The notes beneath the pieces were generated by a model that did no database searches, was not told the origin of the DNA, and worked only from the letters and a program-made list of their open reading frames with translations. A stretch of 40,100 bases of DNA, taken from Desulfohalobiaceae bacterium. GTDB taxonomy: Bacteria > Desulfobacterota > Desulfovibrionia > Desulfovibrionales > Desulfothermaceae. Position numbers and translations under genes: made by a program. The first letter of the stretch is position 1; each line of letters begins with the position of its first letter. This document shows, in pieces, positions 38,955 through 40,100 of this stretch. The stretch covers positions 1-40,100 of the forward strand of contig JAMOQN010000169.1 of the NCBI GenBank assembly GCA_027063985.1, written 5' to 3'.

Positions 38955-39669
38955 TAGATTTTATAGAGATTTTACTTCTACTAATAGGTGGGATACCTAC
39001 AGGGTAAAAATAGAATCTTCTGATTTATATATCAGGACAAAGGGGAATTTTTCTTCTTTTGTCAAAAAAAAGCTCATCAAATTGAGAAAAGATATAGAAA
39101 CAGAAATAAAAAGATATCCTGAATTTTTGACCTCGCTTAAACCTATTTCACCAAAATTTTCAAATATTCAAAGAGTGGTGAAGATTATGTATGATGCATC
39201 TAAAAAGGCTGGTGTTGGGCCAATGGCTGCTGTAGCTGGGGCTATTGCCCACATTATTGGGGAAGAAGTTTCAAAAAAGAGTGAGGAGGTCATAGTTGAA
39301 AATGGGGGAGATATATACATAAATGTGAAAAAAGAGGTAAAAATGACTGTTTTTGCAGGAGATTCTCCTTTTTCAGGTAAGATTGGGCTTAAGATTTCCT
39401 CAGACCTATCCCCTGTTGGGGTGTGTACTTCCTCTGGTAGTGTTGGTCATTCCTTAAGTTTTGGGAGAGCTGATGGATTTACTGTAATTTCAAAGGACAC
39501 TGCACTGGCTGATGCAGTTGCAACGGCAGGAGCAAATAGGATAAAGTGCAGAAGCGATATAGAAAATGCCATCTCTTATGCTATGTCAATACCAGGAGTG
39601 TTAGGAGTACTCGCCATATATAAGGATGTAATTGGGGCAAAGGGCATAATTGAACTTTGTGAAATATAA
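38941..39669 (+). CDS. UPF0280/COG2122 ApbE-like sulfur-handling protein
   Basis: VGPMAAVAGAIA, VENGGDI, GVCTSSGSVGHSLSFG.AD, LADAVATA.AN; overlaps the DUF39 stop. Confidence 0.9.
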   Translation: MLIVDRFYRDFTSTNRWDTYRVKIESSDLYIRTKGNFSSFVKKKLIKLRKDIETEIKRYPEFLTSLKPISPKFSNIQRVVKIMYDASKKAGVGPMAAVAGAIAHIIGEEVSKKSEEVIVENGGDIYINVKKEVKMTVFAGDSPFSGKIGLKISSDLSPVGVCTSSGSVGHSLSFGRADGFTVISKDTALADAVATAGANRIKCRSDIENAISYAMSIPGVLGVLAIYKDVIGAKGIIELCEI

Positions 39670-39688
39670 AAAAAGAGAGATTTGAGTT

Positions 39689-40100
39689 ATGGGTGAAAAA
39701 AATATAAAAAAGAATGTATTATTGATTTTTAGCAAAGATGTTATGTATAATCCTGTAATTTACAAGCTTGCAGCAGATTTCAGAATAATATTTAATGTAT
39801 TAGAGGCAAAGATATTCCCCCGTCAGGAGGGGAGGCTTATTCTACAGCTCATGGGTACAGAAAAACAAATTGAAAAAGGGGTTAAATATCTTGTAGATGA
39901 AGGGGTAAAGGTAGAAATTCTTGCTGAAAAGATCAAAAGGGACGAAAATATTTGTGTACATTGCGGTGCATGTCTTGCAGTATGTAGAGCTGATGCCTTA
40001 TTCTACGATGCTAAGAGTGCCAAGATCTTATTTTCAGCAGAGCACTGCGTGGCCTGTGGACAATGCGAGTTGGTTTGTCCTGTAGGTGCAGTGAAAACAG
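39689..40100 (+). CDS. NIL domain + 2x[4Fe-4S] ferredoxin (iron-sulfur partner of DUF39); runs off the right edge
   Basis: Absent from the ORF track. MGEKNIKKNVLLIFSKDVMYNPVIYKLAADFRIIFNVLEAKI...CVHCGACLAVC...CVACGQCELVCPVGAVKT, with no stop inside the window. Confidence 0.9.
   Translation, partial: MGEKNIKKNVLLIFSKDVMYNPVIYKLAADFRIIFNVLEAKIFPRQEGRLILQLMGTEKQIEKGVKYLVDEGVKVEILAEKIKRDENICVHCGACLAVCRADALFYDAKSAKILFSAEHCVACGQCELVCPVGAVKT

Overview
An AT-rich bacterial chromosome segment, mostly housekeeping genes. The gene set points, by inference, to an anaerobic Desulfobacterota/Desulfovibrionales-like organism. In order: a truncated AAA-ATPase-like gene, a B12-binding radical SAM enzyme, a large MscS channel, a REP-associated tyrosine transposase (RAYT) remnant with REP-like hairpins, a periplasmic binding protein divergent from a hybrid sensor kinase and outer-membrane barrel, and typA. 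The main accessory block (11.3-19.6 kb) encodes a PAS sigma-54 activator, three candidate enhancer palindromes, two tandem -24/-12 promoters, an atypical 4-hydroxybutyryl-CoA dehydratase (AbfD) family enzyme, a DUF362 Fe-S protein, split ADP-forming acyl-CoA synthetase subunits, a GNAT acetyltransferase and an M20 amidohydrolase. Then come mucR/ros, a heptamer repeat/inverted-repeat element, a TetR-TolC-EmrA-EmrB efflux operon with its operator, tRNA-Ser(UGA), purE, CIRCE-controlled groES-groEL, cobU-cobS, thpR, a foreign-looking Fic gene, tsaC, an ArsB/NhaD transporter, a PAS-PAS protein with an H-box but no kinase domain, apbE, and the DUF39/UPF0280/NIL-ferredoxin homocysteine synthesis genes. 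No CRISPR array, prophage or intact mobile element is visible. The best candidate for an undescribed system is the sigma-54-controlled AbfD-like/DUF362/acyl-CoA synthetase module. All family calls come from motif recognition; no database searches were run.
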